Source: a bacterium
GTDB taxonomy: Bacteria; UBA8248
Length of the DNA stretch: 64,000 bases
NCBI GenBank assembly: GCA_965213685.1
Contig: CBDBZY010000036.1
Span: 111,433-175,432, forward strand
Direction: 5' to 3'
Part shown: piece by piece, positions 18,373 to 27,043 of the stretch
Numbering within the stretch: the first letter of the stretch is position 1
How the letters are laid out: the number at the start of each line of letters is the position of its first letter
Position numbers and translations under genes: made by a program
The notes under the pieces: model-generated
Databases searched by the model: none
What the model saw: only the letters and a program-made list of their open reading frames with translations
What the model was told of the DNA's origin: nothing

Positions 18373-20499
18373 CTACGGCCTGCGAGGTTCCGCCTCCACG
18401 GCGCCCGTCCCGGGCGCGAAGTCCCTGGGCCGCATCAGCTGCATGGAGACAGACACGAGCATCAGCACAAGCCCGGCCGTCTTGAGCCAGATTCCGTTCC
18501 AGAACAGCGCGACGCCCGCCACGCCCATGAGAACGCGATCCAACACCGTGAGGATGCGCAGGAAGAAGCCCTCCAGGGCTGCCGAAGTGCATATGAAGCC
18601 CAGGGCTGCGCTCACCCAGACCAGAATGACCTGATCCCAGGGGCCGTTGATCAGAATCGGCGTGTAGGCCATCAGCAGGGGCACGACATAGAGGGGCTTC
18701 GCCAGCTTCAGGGAGATGAAGCCGGTTCGCATCGGGTCGCACTGCGCGACGCCTGCGGCCACGAACGCGCCGAGGGCGAACGGCGGCGTGAGCGCGGCGT
18801 CCTGGCTCAGCCAGAGGATGATCATGTGCGCGGTGAACATCGAGAGGCCAAAGTCCATGAGCGCGGGCCCGGCCAGGATGGCGATGAGGATGTAGCTCGC
18901 CGTGATCGTCATCCCCATCCCCAGGATGTAGCTGGCCAGTGCCACGAGGGCCACCGCCAGAAAGAGCATGTTGTTCGAGTAGGAGAGGATGATGGCCGTC
19001 ATCTTTTGGGCCAGGTCCGGATGCGTGACGCCGGTGAGCACGAGGCCCATCACGCCCGCCGTCGCGCCGATGACGAGGGAGTTGACCGACCCGGTGACGA
19101 ACGCATCCCCGATTTCCGACATGATGCGCCGCGCTTCCCTGTGCCGCCACGCCAGGAAGCACGCGACGCCCACGTAGAGATACACCGCATCGCCGCCATA
19201 GACGATGCTGGCCACGAAGACGGCGGCCTCCAGTCCCAGCAGATACCAGCACCGCTGCTTGAACGTGCTCACCACAACGGAGGCGACGATGGCCCAGAAG
19301 CCCGCGAAAAACGGCGAGAACTGCACGATGAGCAGCACGATGAGCAGCGCGATGGGGATGAGCAGCACCCCGTCTTTTTTCAGGACGCCCCAGAAGTCGG
19401 GCAACTCCTCCCTGGAGAGGCCCTGCAGATTGTTTCTGCTCGCGTAGTAGTGCACCGACATGAAGACGGACAGATAATAGAGGAGCGCGGGCACCAGGCT
19501 CACGAGCGCGACCTTGTAGTATGGCGTCTCGGTCATCGCCGCCAGGATGAAGGCGGCGGACGCCATGATGGGAGGCATCAGATGGCCGCCGATGCTGGCG
19601 ACCGCCTCCGTCGCCGCCGCGTAGGTGGCCCGAAAGCCGCCGCGCTTCATGAGGGGTATCGTGAAAGTCCCCGTGATGACGATGTTCGCCGCCCCGCTGC
19701 CCACGATGGAGCCCACGAGGCCGCTCGACACCACCGCCGCCTTCGCGGCGCCTCCCTTGTAGCGTCCCACCAGCGCAAAGGCGAGATCGACGAACACGTC
19801 GCCCACGCGGGTGGCCTGCAGCAGCGCGCCGAAGATCAGGAAGATGAACACGACCTGCGCATAGACGCGGGTGATCACGCCGTAGATGCCGGACTGGCTG
19901 TAGAGATAGCCCATCACATAGCCGAACTCGGCGCCCTTGTGCGCCAGAAGGCCGGGGAACATCGGCCCCGCCCAGTCGTAGAACAGGAATACGATGGCGA
20001 CTATCGGCAGCACCAGGCCCAGCACGCGGCGGCACGTCTCCCACACGAGACAGGCGGCCGTGAAGCCGAACACCACGTCGTTCCACTCCACGATGCCCGC
20101 CCTGTCGCCCCGATCGTCGTAGAAGTATATGAACTCGATCATCACGACGAGGCTAAGCACGCACCACAGAATGTCCCAGGACGAGGGCCTGTTCCGGGGC
20201 GAGCTCGCTTTGCAGGGATACAGCAGGAAGGTGAGAACGGACGTAAAGCAGATGAACGCGGGCAGGGAGAATTGCTCCCCGTAATACGGGATGTAGGGAA
20301 ACTCGAGTTGTGCCAGAGCGAGGTTTCGCGGACCGAAGAGGGTGTAGCTTCCGTTCACCGCGCCGAAGAGAAAATACGCGGCGAAGATAAAGCCCACCAC
20401 GCGCAGCGTCCAGAGCGAAGGGCCGCTCAGCGTTCGCGTCTGGGCGAGGCCCGCCCCGAGGACGTTTCCGATTCTCTCTATGATTCGGCGAACACTCAA
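18373..20499 (-). CDS. TAXI-TRAP transporter fused 4TM/12TM permease
   Basis: GGAAKAAVVSS, NIVITGTFTIPLMKR, EAVASIGGHLMPP, LGMGM and LTPPFAL motifs, with many TM helices. Confidence 0.9.
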   Translation of the reverse strand: MSVRRIIERIGNVLGAGLAQTRTLSGPSLWTLRVVGFIFAAYFLFGAVNGSYTLFGPRNLALAQLEFPYIPYYGEQFSLPAFICFTSVLTFLLYPCKASSPRNRPSSWDILWCVLSLVVMIEFIYFYDDRGDRAGIVEWNDVVFGFTAACLVWETCRRVLGLVLPIVAIVFLFYDWAGPMFPGLLAHKGAEFGYVMGYLYSQSGIYGVITRVYAQVVFIFLIFGALLQATRVGDVFVDLAFALVGRYKGGAAKAAVVSSGLVGSIVGSGAANIVITGTFTIPLMKRGGFRATYAAATEAVASIGGHLMPPIMASAAFILAAMTETPYYKVALVSLVPALLYYLSVFMSVHYYASRNNLQGLSREELPDFWGVLKKDGVLLIPIALLIVLLIVQFSPFFAGFWAIVASVVVSTFKQRCWYLLGLEAAVFVASIVYGGDAVYLYVGVACFLAWRHREARRIMSEIGDAFVTGSVNSLVIGATAGVMGLVLTGVTHPDLAQKMTAIILSYSNNMLFLAVALVALASYILGMGMTITASYILIAILAGPALMDFGLSMFTAHMIILWLSQDAALTPPFALGAFVAAGVAQCDPMRTGFISLKLAKPLYVVPLLMAYTPILINGPWDQVILVWVSAALGFICTSAALEGFFLRILTVLDRVLMGVAGVALFWNGIWLKTAGLVLMLVSVSMQLMRPRDFAPGTGAVEAEPRRP

Positions 20500-20576
20500 A
20501 TCATCATCCCCCAGGGGCGCGGCGAAAAAATTCCGGCAAGGGCGCGCAGAACGGTCGCACTGGCAAACAAAACATA

Positions 20577-20605
20577 CCGGCCGGGAGCGCGCGGCCCCCG
20601 GCCGG
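20577..20605 (-). terminator. Stem-loop between the TAXI SBP and permease genes
   Basis: CCGGCCGGG...CCCGGCCGG inverted repeat. Confidence 0.4.
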
Positions 20606-20628
20606 CAGAAACTACCAGTCCTGCGTCA

Positions 20629-21606
20629 TCAGTTCGGCAGCTTGTAGCCAACTTCCTTCCAATACCGCGCAGCCCCCGGGTGCACTTTCATGCCGATGGC
20701 GGCCATCTGGTCCAGACCCGGAGCCATGGCGAAGCCGGAGGCCCAGCCCCTGTGGACTTTCAGCAGGAATTCGCGGCCTTTTTTCGAGAAGTTGAGCCGG
20801 GCCACTTCATAGACGACGTCGGCGGGCACGTTGCAGCCCACGATGGTCCACGCGGCGTAGCCGATGGTGGGCACGGGCTTGTCCACGCCGTTATACGCCC
20901 CCTTGACGATGTCGGTCTTGAAGTAGGCCTTGTTCGACTTCAAGAGGCCCTCGCCCACCTTCCCGTCCACCGGCAGAAGGTTGATGGGACTCGAGGTCGC
21001 GAGCTTCAGGACGGCCGGTGAGGGGACGGGATTCGGGATGGTGAAGGCGTCGAGCCGGTTGTCCTTCACGGCGTCCGCCGCCACGTTCCAGTTCAGGTTC
21101 TCCTCGCGCACCTTGATGCCGGCGAGATTGACGACGGTGTCCGTCATGAAGTGCGTGCTGCTGCCCCGGCGCGCGAAGCTCACGCGCTTGCCGTTGAGCT
21201 GCGCGATGGTTTTGATGCCGGAGTCCTTGCGCACGGCGATGTGGAACTGGGAGACCGTGCCGGGGCCCATGCCGCACTGGTTCTTGTAGGGCTTCTTGAA
21301 CATTTTCTTGCCCTGAATCGCCAGCTGCACGAGCGTGGCCACGCCCAGGGCGAACTCCGCCTTGCCGTTTTCGATGAGGCGGATGTCCTCGACCGCCCCG
21401 CGCGTGGTGAGGTTGTTCATCTCCACGGTTTTGGATTCTTTCGACACCAACGCGGCGAGACCGCCCCAGATCACATAGGCGGCGGCACCCGGCCCCGCAC
21501 CGGCGACCGAGGTTTTGATGCGCGCGGCTTCCGCCCTCGAGAAGGACAGGCCGATCGCTAGGGTGAACACGATTGCCGCAAGAGCGGCGTTTCTCAGGCA
21601 CTTCAT
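20629..21606 (-). CDS. TAXI-family TRAP solute-binding protein
   Basis: Signal peptide, TRGAVEDIRLI, LNGKRVS and VHPGAARYWKEVG. AAGGAGGAG RBS. Confidence 0.9.
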   Translation of the reverse strand: MKCLRNAALAAIVFTLAIGLSFSRAEAARIKTSVAGAGPGAAAYVIWGGLAALVSKESKTVEMNNLTTRGAVEDIRLIENGKAEFALGVATLVQLAIQGKKMFKKPYKNQCGMGPGTVSQFHIAVRKDSGIKTIAQLNGKRVSFARRGSSTHFMTDTVVNLAGIKVREENLNWNVAADAVKDNRLDAFTIPNPVPSPAVLKLATSSPINLLPVDGKVGEGLLKSNKAYFKTDIVKGAYNGVDKPVPTIGYAAWTIVGCNVPADVVYEVARLNFSKKGREFLLKVHRGWASGFAMAPGLDQMAAIGMKVHPGAARYWKEVGYKLPN

Positions 21607-21908
21607 CTGTTCTCCTCCTTGGTCAATAAGTGGTGCAACGAAATTGCAAAACGCCCGGCACAACAATGATGAAAATGAAAGCACAAGACATTTCATCTTC
21701 ATGAAACATCGCAACATCCGAAGGTGGCTCCGCGCGCCCCCATGCGAAAAACGCAAAAGAATGCGATGCGCCTCTCTCCCCCGGCTCGCAGCATCATTTG
21801 TTGCTGCACAAAATACCCGTATGGGAAAATCCTAAACCATCCACGAGGGAAAAAGCAAGAAACATCGGGACGCGGCGGCAAAAACCGGGTTCCGGCGAAA
21901 CGGACGGG

Positions 21909-23297
21909 TCAACGACGGCTTCCACACCCTTCGCCCATATCCGGCATTTCCTCCGGAAATTCCGACCTCCAGCCCAACTCCGCCTCGCACCACCGGGCGG
22001 CGGCAAGAAGCGCGGCCTCCCCAAAGCGTCGTCCGCCCAGCTGAATCCCGATGGGCAGGTGATTCTCGCCCCTGCCCACGGGCAGGGTGAGCGCCGGAAA
22101 CCCGATCTGCGTGAAGGGCTCGTTGAACAAGGCGCTTCCGGTCGATTCCTCGGCGGGCGGGGCGCACGAGACGTGGGCGGGCAGGACGAGGAGGTCGAAC
22201 CTCCGGCAAACGTCCGCCATCTTCCGGGTGAATCTCGCGCGGAACCGCAAGGCGTTCACGTAATGAACCGCCGGCGTCATGAGGCCGCCAGAGATGTTCT
22301 CGTGAATTTCGGGAGCGTACGCCTCCTGGTTCTCCAAAAACATCTCCCCGTGCCAGGAAGCCGCCTCCACCCGCATGATGATGCGATGCGCCGCGTGCAT
22401 CTCCTCCATATCCACCGGCAGCCTCGCCTCCTCGACCTCCACCCCCCGGGCCTTCAGGCTCGCCACGCGCTCCTCGATTCTATCGGCCACCTCCCGACTC
22501 GCGCGGGGGAGGAAATCCTCCTTCCAGAAGCATACCCGCTCGGGCCTTCTCGGGGCGGAGGCGCGCGCGTAGTCCGGCACCGCGACCTCGGGTGCCCCGG
22601 CGTCCCGCCCGTCCGCCCCGGCGATGGCGGTGAGCAGGCGCGCCGCGTCCTCCGCGCATCTGGTGATGATCCCGACGTGGTCCAGTCGCCAGGACACCGG
22701 CACGAGTCCGCTCCTCGGTATCCGCCCATAGGTGGGCTTCAGTCCCACCACCCCGCAAAACGCCGAGGGCCTCAGCGTCGAGCCGCCCGTCTGGCTGCCC
22801 AGGGCGGCCGGTGCCATTCCGGCGGCCACGGCCGCGGCGGAACCGCTGCTGGAGCCGCCGGGGCTTCGCTTCAGGTTCCAGGGATTCCGCGTAACCGAAG
22901 GGTCCGAGGTGGCGAACTGCGTGGTGATCGTCTTCCCCAGAAAAACAGCGCCCGCCTCCCGGAGACGGCGCGCGAGGGTGGCGTCCTCGTCCGGCAAATG
23001 GCCCGCAAACAGGGGCGAGCCCGCCTCGCGCGGCATTCCGGCGACATCCACAATATCCTTGAACCCGATGGCGGCGCCCGCGAGCGGCCCTTCCCCGGCC
23101 CCGCTTGCGAGCCGCTCATCCATCCGCCCGGCGCTGCGGAGGGCGCCCTCCCCGTCCAGGTGCGCCCACGCCCGCACTCCCGGCTCCACCGCCTCTATCC
23201 TGGCCAGCAGGGAGCGCGTCCACTCCAAGGCGGACAGGCCGCCCTCCCGGATGCTCCGCAACCCGTCAGAGAGGCTCAAGCGCCAGGGCTCCCGCAT
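21909..23297 (-). CDS. Amidase-signature family amidase (GatA/AtzE-like)
   Basis: Ser-cisSer-Lys triad motifs GFKDI, PGGSSSGS and GSQTGGSTLRPS. Confidence 0.92.
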   Translation of the reverse strand: MREPWRLSLSDGLRSIREGGLSALEWTRSLLARIEAVEPGVRAWAHLDGEGALRSAGRMDERLASGAGEGPLAGAAIGFKDIVDVAGMPREAGSPLFAGHLPDEDATLARRLREAGAVFLGKTITTQFATSDPSVTRNPWNLKRSPGGSSSGSAAAVAAGMAPAALGSQTGGSTLRPSAFCGVVGLKPTYGRIPRSGLVPVSWRLDHVGIITRCAEDAARLLTAIAGADGRDAGAPEVAVPDYARASAPRRPERVCFWKEDFLPRASREVADRIEERVASLKARGVEVEEARLPVDMEEMHAAHRIIMRVEAASWHGEMFLENQEAYAPEIHENISGGLMTPAVHYVNALRFRARFTRKMADVCRRFDLLVLPAHVSCAPPAEESTGSALFNEPFTQIGFPALTLPVGRGENHLPIGIQLGGRRFGEAALLAAARWCEAELGWRSEFPEEMPDMGEGCGSRR

Positions 23298-23341
23298 TTT
23301 TCATCCCTCCCCGCCAAGCGGCCGGTTCTTCTCGCCGCGCC

Positions 23342-23515
23342 TTACCTGTCCAGCGCTTCCAGTTTTTCGAGTATTCCGGCCAAATGCGGCTTCCCTCCGG
23401 CCGGCGGGCGCCAGTTCACGTGCGTCACGGGCACATTCTGGCGCCGCAGTTCATCCGCGAATATCTCCAGACCCAGATTCACCACTTCGAGCGGCCTGTC
23501 GCGCAAATCTTTCAT
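23342..23515 (-). CDS. Small protein corresponding to the FdrA C-terminal domain
   Basis: PLEVVNLGLEIFADELRRQNVPVTHVNWRPPAGG resembles the C-terminal segment of FdrA/YahF. GAGG RBS. Confidence 0.7.
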   Translation of the reverse strand: MKDLRDRPLEVVNLGLEIFADELRRQNVPVTHVNWRPPAGGKPHLAGILEKLEALDR

Positions 23516-23609
23516 GTCATGCGCCTCACCCATCTCCGGGCGACTCCCGAGCGTCCAGAGCCGGCGACGCACACCGCGCGGCCCCTCCCCTCCCCGAAAC
23601 GAAAACCGC

Positions 23610-25115
23610 TCATCCGGCGTCGAGCAGCTCCGGGCGGATCAGCGCCGCCGCAAAGCGGGCCGCCTGCGCACTAGAGGGCAAGACCACCGCGCCGGCTTCC
23701 TCCAGAACTCCTATTTGCCCGCCCATGTCCTGCGGATCATTCGCCGTCCCCACCACCGAGGCGACAAAAAGCAGGCTCCGCGCCCGCGACCCCGCCTCCC
23801 GTATCGCCCGCGCCAGAGCACCCGCCGGGTCCGCAGCACTCCCCCTGCCCAGAATGAGGTCGAACAGCACCACGCCCGTGTTTTCATCCGTCGCCGCTTC
23901 CCGCACCATCTCCGCCCGGGGCTGCGGGTCGATCATCGGGTGGGGCTTCCCCGCCGTGTAGCGGTCATCCCCCAGGTCCAGGATGCGGTGGCGGCCCGCC
24001 TCCCCGTTCCAGGCTATCTCCTCGCCGAGCAGCGAGCCGATGATGAGGCGGCTTTCATGGGCGAGCGTCCCTCCGGAGAACAGGCCCAGAATCCCCCCTC
24101 CCCCGGGACTGCGCTCCCGGCCCAGCGAGGCGATTCTCTCCTTCCAGCCCATCCGCGCGAAGGAGTCTTCCGGCAGGCGGCGTTCCCCCTGCAGAATCTC
24201 CGCCACGGCACGGCCCGCATCCTCCAGACTCTTCGCCCACCTCGGGTTCTCCGCGCCCAGAAAGCATACGACATGCGGCTTCTGCAGGGATTCCAACGCC
24301 TCCTCGATTTTGGGCAAGACCTCCGCTGCCGGCGGCTTGGACACAAGCGCCACGATCTGCGTTTCGGGATCGGCGGACAAGAAGTCCAGGGCGCCGAGCG
24401 TCATCAGGCCGCCCACCTCGGCGGACAGGTCGCGCCCGCCCACGCCCACCCCGTGGGAGATGCCCTCGCCCAGGGCGTCCAGCTGCGATGCGAGGGACTG
24501 AAGCCCGGTGCCGGAGGCCGCGACGCAGCCCACGCGCCCCGGCCTCACCACGTTGGCGAACCCAAGCCCCGCGCCGCCGATGTAGGCCGTTCCGCAGTCG
24601 GGACCCATGAGGAGCAAGCCGCGCCGTATGGCCTCCCGCTTGAGAGCGACCTCATCATCCACCGACACGTTGTCGCTGAACAAAAAAACGTGGAGCCCGC
24701 GGCGCAGCGCGTTCATGGCCTCCCGGGGGGCATACGCGCCGGGGAGGGATATCATCGCCAGGCTGGAGTCCGGGGCCGCGGCGAGCGCCCCCTCCAGACT
24801 CGAGGGCGAAAAATCGCGCCCCCCGCCGACAACGGACCGCTCTCGCGTCAGCAGAGCGGCTTTCGCCTCTTCGATCGCCTCGAGGGCGATCCCCCGGGAA
24901 TCCGCCTCCACGGCCAGCATCAAATCATTCGGGCCGGCGTCCATGCCGTTTTCCCCGACGAGTCCGGCCTGCAGCATGATGTCGTGGTTCATGGGCGTGC
25001 CCATGAGCGCGGCCGCCTCGGAAACCCCCGCCCGGCTCCGAATCGTCCGCGCCAGGAGCATGAGCTGGACGGAATCCTGGTAAAAGGAAGGCCATACGAA
25101 GCTGGCGAGTGCCAA
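23610..25115 (-). CDS. fdrA: FdrA/YahF family protein (SucD-like CoA-ligase fold; AllF-like)
   Basis: YQDSVQLM, LMGTP.N, ISLPGAYA, FLFSDNV, LLMGPDCGT, AASGTG, GGRDLS, DLGDDRYT.GKPHPMIDP and VVGTANDPQ. TTG start 4 nt after the upstream stop. Confidence 0.88.
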   Translation of the reverse strand: MALASFVWPSFYQDSVQLMLLARTIRSRAGVSEAAALMGTPMNHDIMLQAGLVGENGMDAGPNDLMLAVEADSRGIALEAIEEAKAALLTRERSVVGGGRDFSPSSLEGALAAAPDSSLAMISLPGAYAPREAMNALRRGLHVFLFSDNVSVDDEVALKREAIRRGLLLMGPDCGTAYIGGAGLGFANVVRPGRVGCVAASGTGLQSLASQLDALGEGISHGVGVGGRDLSAEVGGLMTLGALDFLSADPETQIVALVSKPPAAEVLPKIEEALESLQKPHVVCFLGAENPRWAKSLEDAGRAVAEILQGERRLPEDSFARMGWKERIASLGRERSPGGGGILGLFSGGTLAHESRLIIGSLLGEEIAWNGEAGRHRILDLGDDRYTAGKPHPMIDPQPRAEMVREAATDENTGVVLFDLILGRGSAADPAGALARAIREAGSRARSLLFVASVVGTANDPQDMGGQIGVLEEAGAVVLPSSAQAARFAAALIRPELLDAG

Positions 25116-25119
25116 TGGA

Positions 25120-25320
25120 TTATCGTTCTGCTTCGGCGGGCGCATCGTCCGCCGGCGGGGAAAAAGGCTCCTGCGCTCTCTCGAACGAGTCGGACGACAC
25201 CCTCTGGAGCATGTCCGCCACCTCGTCGGCGTATGCGGCGACGCGCTCCCCGCCCCGGAGGCCAAAAACGCGCCGCGCCATTTGCTCGACGCTCGCGGCA
25301 ACCCCGGCCCGACCGCTCAT
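25120..25320 (-). CDS. Small hypothetical protein, possibly a GatC/AtzG-like amidase partner
   Basis: 66 aa. ATGA overlap with the ubiX stop, and it ends 4 nt before the fdrA start. Helical character with a late EPF motif. Confidence 0.6.
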   Translation of the reverse strand: MSGRAGVAASVEQMARRVFGLRGGERVAAYADEVADMLQRVSSDSFERAQEPFSPPADDAPAEAER

Positions 25321-26081
25321 TCGACCGCCCCCGCGTCATGGCGCGCCGACAGGGTTTTCCGCGTGCGCTGCTGATTCGCGGGCGCTGCTGCGGGGCTGCC
25401 GGCCCCCGCGTCATGGCGCGCCGACAGGGTCTTCCGCGTGCGCTGCTGATTCGCGGGCGCTGCTGCGGGGCTGCCGGCTCCCGCGCCATGGCCCGCCGAC
25501 AGGGTTTTCCGCTCCGGATGCTGTCCCCGCCAACGCTCGAACAGGTTCTGCTCCAGCCCCAGGGACGTAAGCGTCTTGCCCACCACGTGATCGACCAAAT
25601 CCGCCATCGTCCGCGGCCGGAAGTAAAACCCGGGCGACGCCGGAAGGATGAAAACCCCCATCAGCGCGAGCTTGTGCATGTTCTCCAGGTGAATCGCGGA
25701 GAGCGGCATTTCGCGCGGCACGAGAACCAGCTTTTTTTGCTCCTTGAGCATCACGTCCGCCGCCCGGCAGATGAGGTTCTCGCCGGTGCCGGTGGCTATT
25801 TGCCCGAGCGTCTTGAGAGAGCAGGGCGCTATCGCCATCGCGTCGAAACCGGCGCTTCCGCTCGCGGGCCGCGCTCCGATATCTCCCTCTGGATGCACGA
25901 CGCTCGCCCAGGAGGAGAGTCTGGCGACGTCCGCGTCCGTCTCGTAGGTCAGGACGCGAACCCCCGCTTTGGAGAGGACGAGGTGGGTCTCCACCTCGGG
26001 GTACGCGTCATGCAAAACCTGCATGAGGCGCACGCCGTATATCGCGCCCGAAGCGCCTGTGACGCCTACCACCAGCTTCAT
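25317..26081 (-). CDS. ubiX: UbiX family flavin prenyltransferase with repeat-derived C-terminal extension
   Basis: VGVTGASGAIYG, PASGS, APCSLKTL, NLICRAADV, VPREMP, HLENM and PGFY motifs. Confidence 0.92.
   Translation of the reverse strand: MKLVVGVTGASGAIYGVRLMQVLHDAYPEVETHLVLSKAGVRVLTYETDADVARLSSWASVVHPEGDIGARPASGSAGFDAMAIAPCSLKTLGQIATGTGENLICRAADVMLKEQKKLVLVPREMPLSAIHLENMHKLALMGVFILPASPGFYFRPRTMADLVDHVVGKTLTSLGLEQNLFERWRGQHPERKTLSAGHGAGAGSPAAAPANQQRTRKTLSARHDAGAGSPAAAPANQQRTRKTLSARHDAGAVE
25327..25512. repeat. 75-bp tandem repeat, about 2.5 copies, inside the ubiX 3' end
   Basis: Units start at 25327, 25402 and 25477 and encode RKTLSA(G/R)H(G/D)AGAGSPAAAPANQQRT. Confidence 0.95.
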
Positions 26082-26106
26082 CGGCCAACTCCGGCTTCGG
26101 TGAAAT

Positions 26107-26997
26107 TCACAAGCGGGTCCGGGAAATCTTGTCGTAATCACGATACAATAACGCGAAATCTTTTTCGAGCATCCCGCAGTGGACGGCTTTGTCGAGAAAC
26201 GCGAGCGTGGCTGCGCCGTGCGCAGTCTCCACCTTGTGCCGCTTGCCCATCTCGACGGCCATGCCTACGTCTTTTCGCAAATTATAGACCCGCGACTTCG
26301 CGTCCCACGTCCCGGACAAGATGTGGTTCGGGAAGCGGAACTCGCTCGCGTAGCTCCGCGCGTTGGACACGTTGAACGCGCGGATCATGTCCTCGAGCCT
26401 GATTCCCGCCTTCTCCGCGAGCCTTCCCCCCTCGCAGGTGGCCATGAAGATGGAGTGGCAAACCATGTTGTGAATCAGCTTCAGGGTGTGGCCCGCCCCG
26501 CTCTCCCCCAAGTGGAAGAGGTTGTCCGCTATCGGCCGCAAAAATCGCTCCGTCCTGCGAAACGCCCGCTCATCTCCGCCTATCATCAGCGTCAGCGTCC
26601 CCGCCGCCGCCCCCGCCGCACCGCCGCTCATGCCGGCGTCGAGATACGCCACCCCCTTCGCCTTCGCGCGCCTCGCGATCTTCCGGGTCGCCTCGGGGTC
26701 GGAACTCGTCAAATCGTAAATCACGAGATCCTTCCGCGCGTTCGCCAAGACGCCCGCGCCTCCCCCCAGGGATTCTTCGATTTCCGGCGAGCCTGGAACC
26801 ACGAAAAAGATGACGCTCGCCCGCCCCGCCATCTCGCCCGGCTCAAGCACCTCCACCCCTCCCTTTCCCTCCCAGGGCCGCCTCTGCCCCGGTGCGACGT
26901 CCCAGACCATCAAGGGCGTCTTCGCTTCATGGAAATTGGCGGCGACGCCGCACCCCATGTTCCCCAGGCCCACCACGCCGACACTCTCTTGCGTCAT
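26107..26997 (-). CDS. NAD(P)-dependent beta-hydroxyacid dehydrogenase family oxidoreductase
   Basis: GVVGLGNMG, DLTSS, DAGMSGG and GAGHTLKLIHN motifs. Confidence 0.9.
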   Translation of the reverse strand: MTQESVGVVGLGNMGCGVAANFHEAKTPLMVWDVAPGQRRPWEGKGGVEVLEPGEMAGRASVIFFVVPGSPEIEESLGGGAGVLANARKDLVIYDLTSSDPEATRKIARRAKAKGVAYLDAGMSGGAAGAAAGTLTLMIGGDERAFRRTERFLRPIADNLFHLGESGAGHTLKLIHNMVCHSIFMATCEGGRLAEKAGIRLEDMIRAFNVSNARSYASEFRFPNHILSGTWDAKSRVYNLRKDVGMAVEMGKRHKVETAHGAATLAFLDKAVHCGMLEKDFALLYRDYDKISRTRL

Positions 26998-27043
26998 CGC
27001 GCATCCCTCTCCTTCCCGCACCCATTCGCCGTCCGCTCCCCCT

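Noticed and set aside
21634-21807. Short palindromes upstream of the TAXI SBP gene (TGCAA-N5-TTGCA, GCAGCA-N8-TGCTGC)
   Set aside because: They are plausible operators but too short to distinguish from chance, and no regulator gene is in the window.
25327-25512. 75-bp repeat as a CRISPR array
   Set aside because: The units are contiguous and near-identical with no unique spacers, they lie in a coding frame, and there are no cas genes.
21798-26375. 1525-aa plus-strand ORF, and similar long ORFs at 1658-4027, 5085-7376, 18367-21021, 32279-34996 and 41424-44288
   Set aside because: These are antisense shadows of motif-supported genes on the opposite strand, typical of high-GC DNA. They are Arg/Pro/Gly-rich with no recognisable domains.
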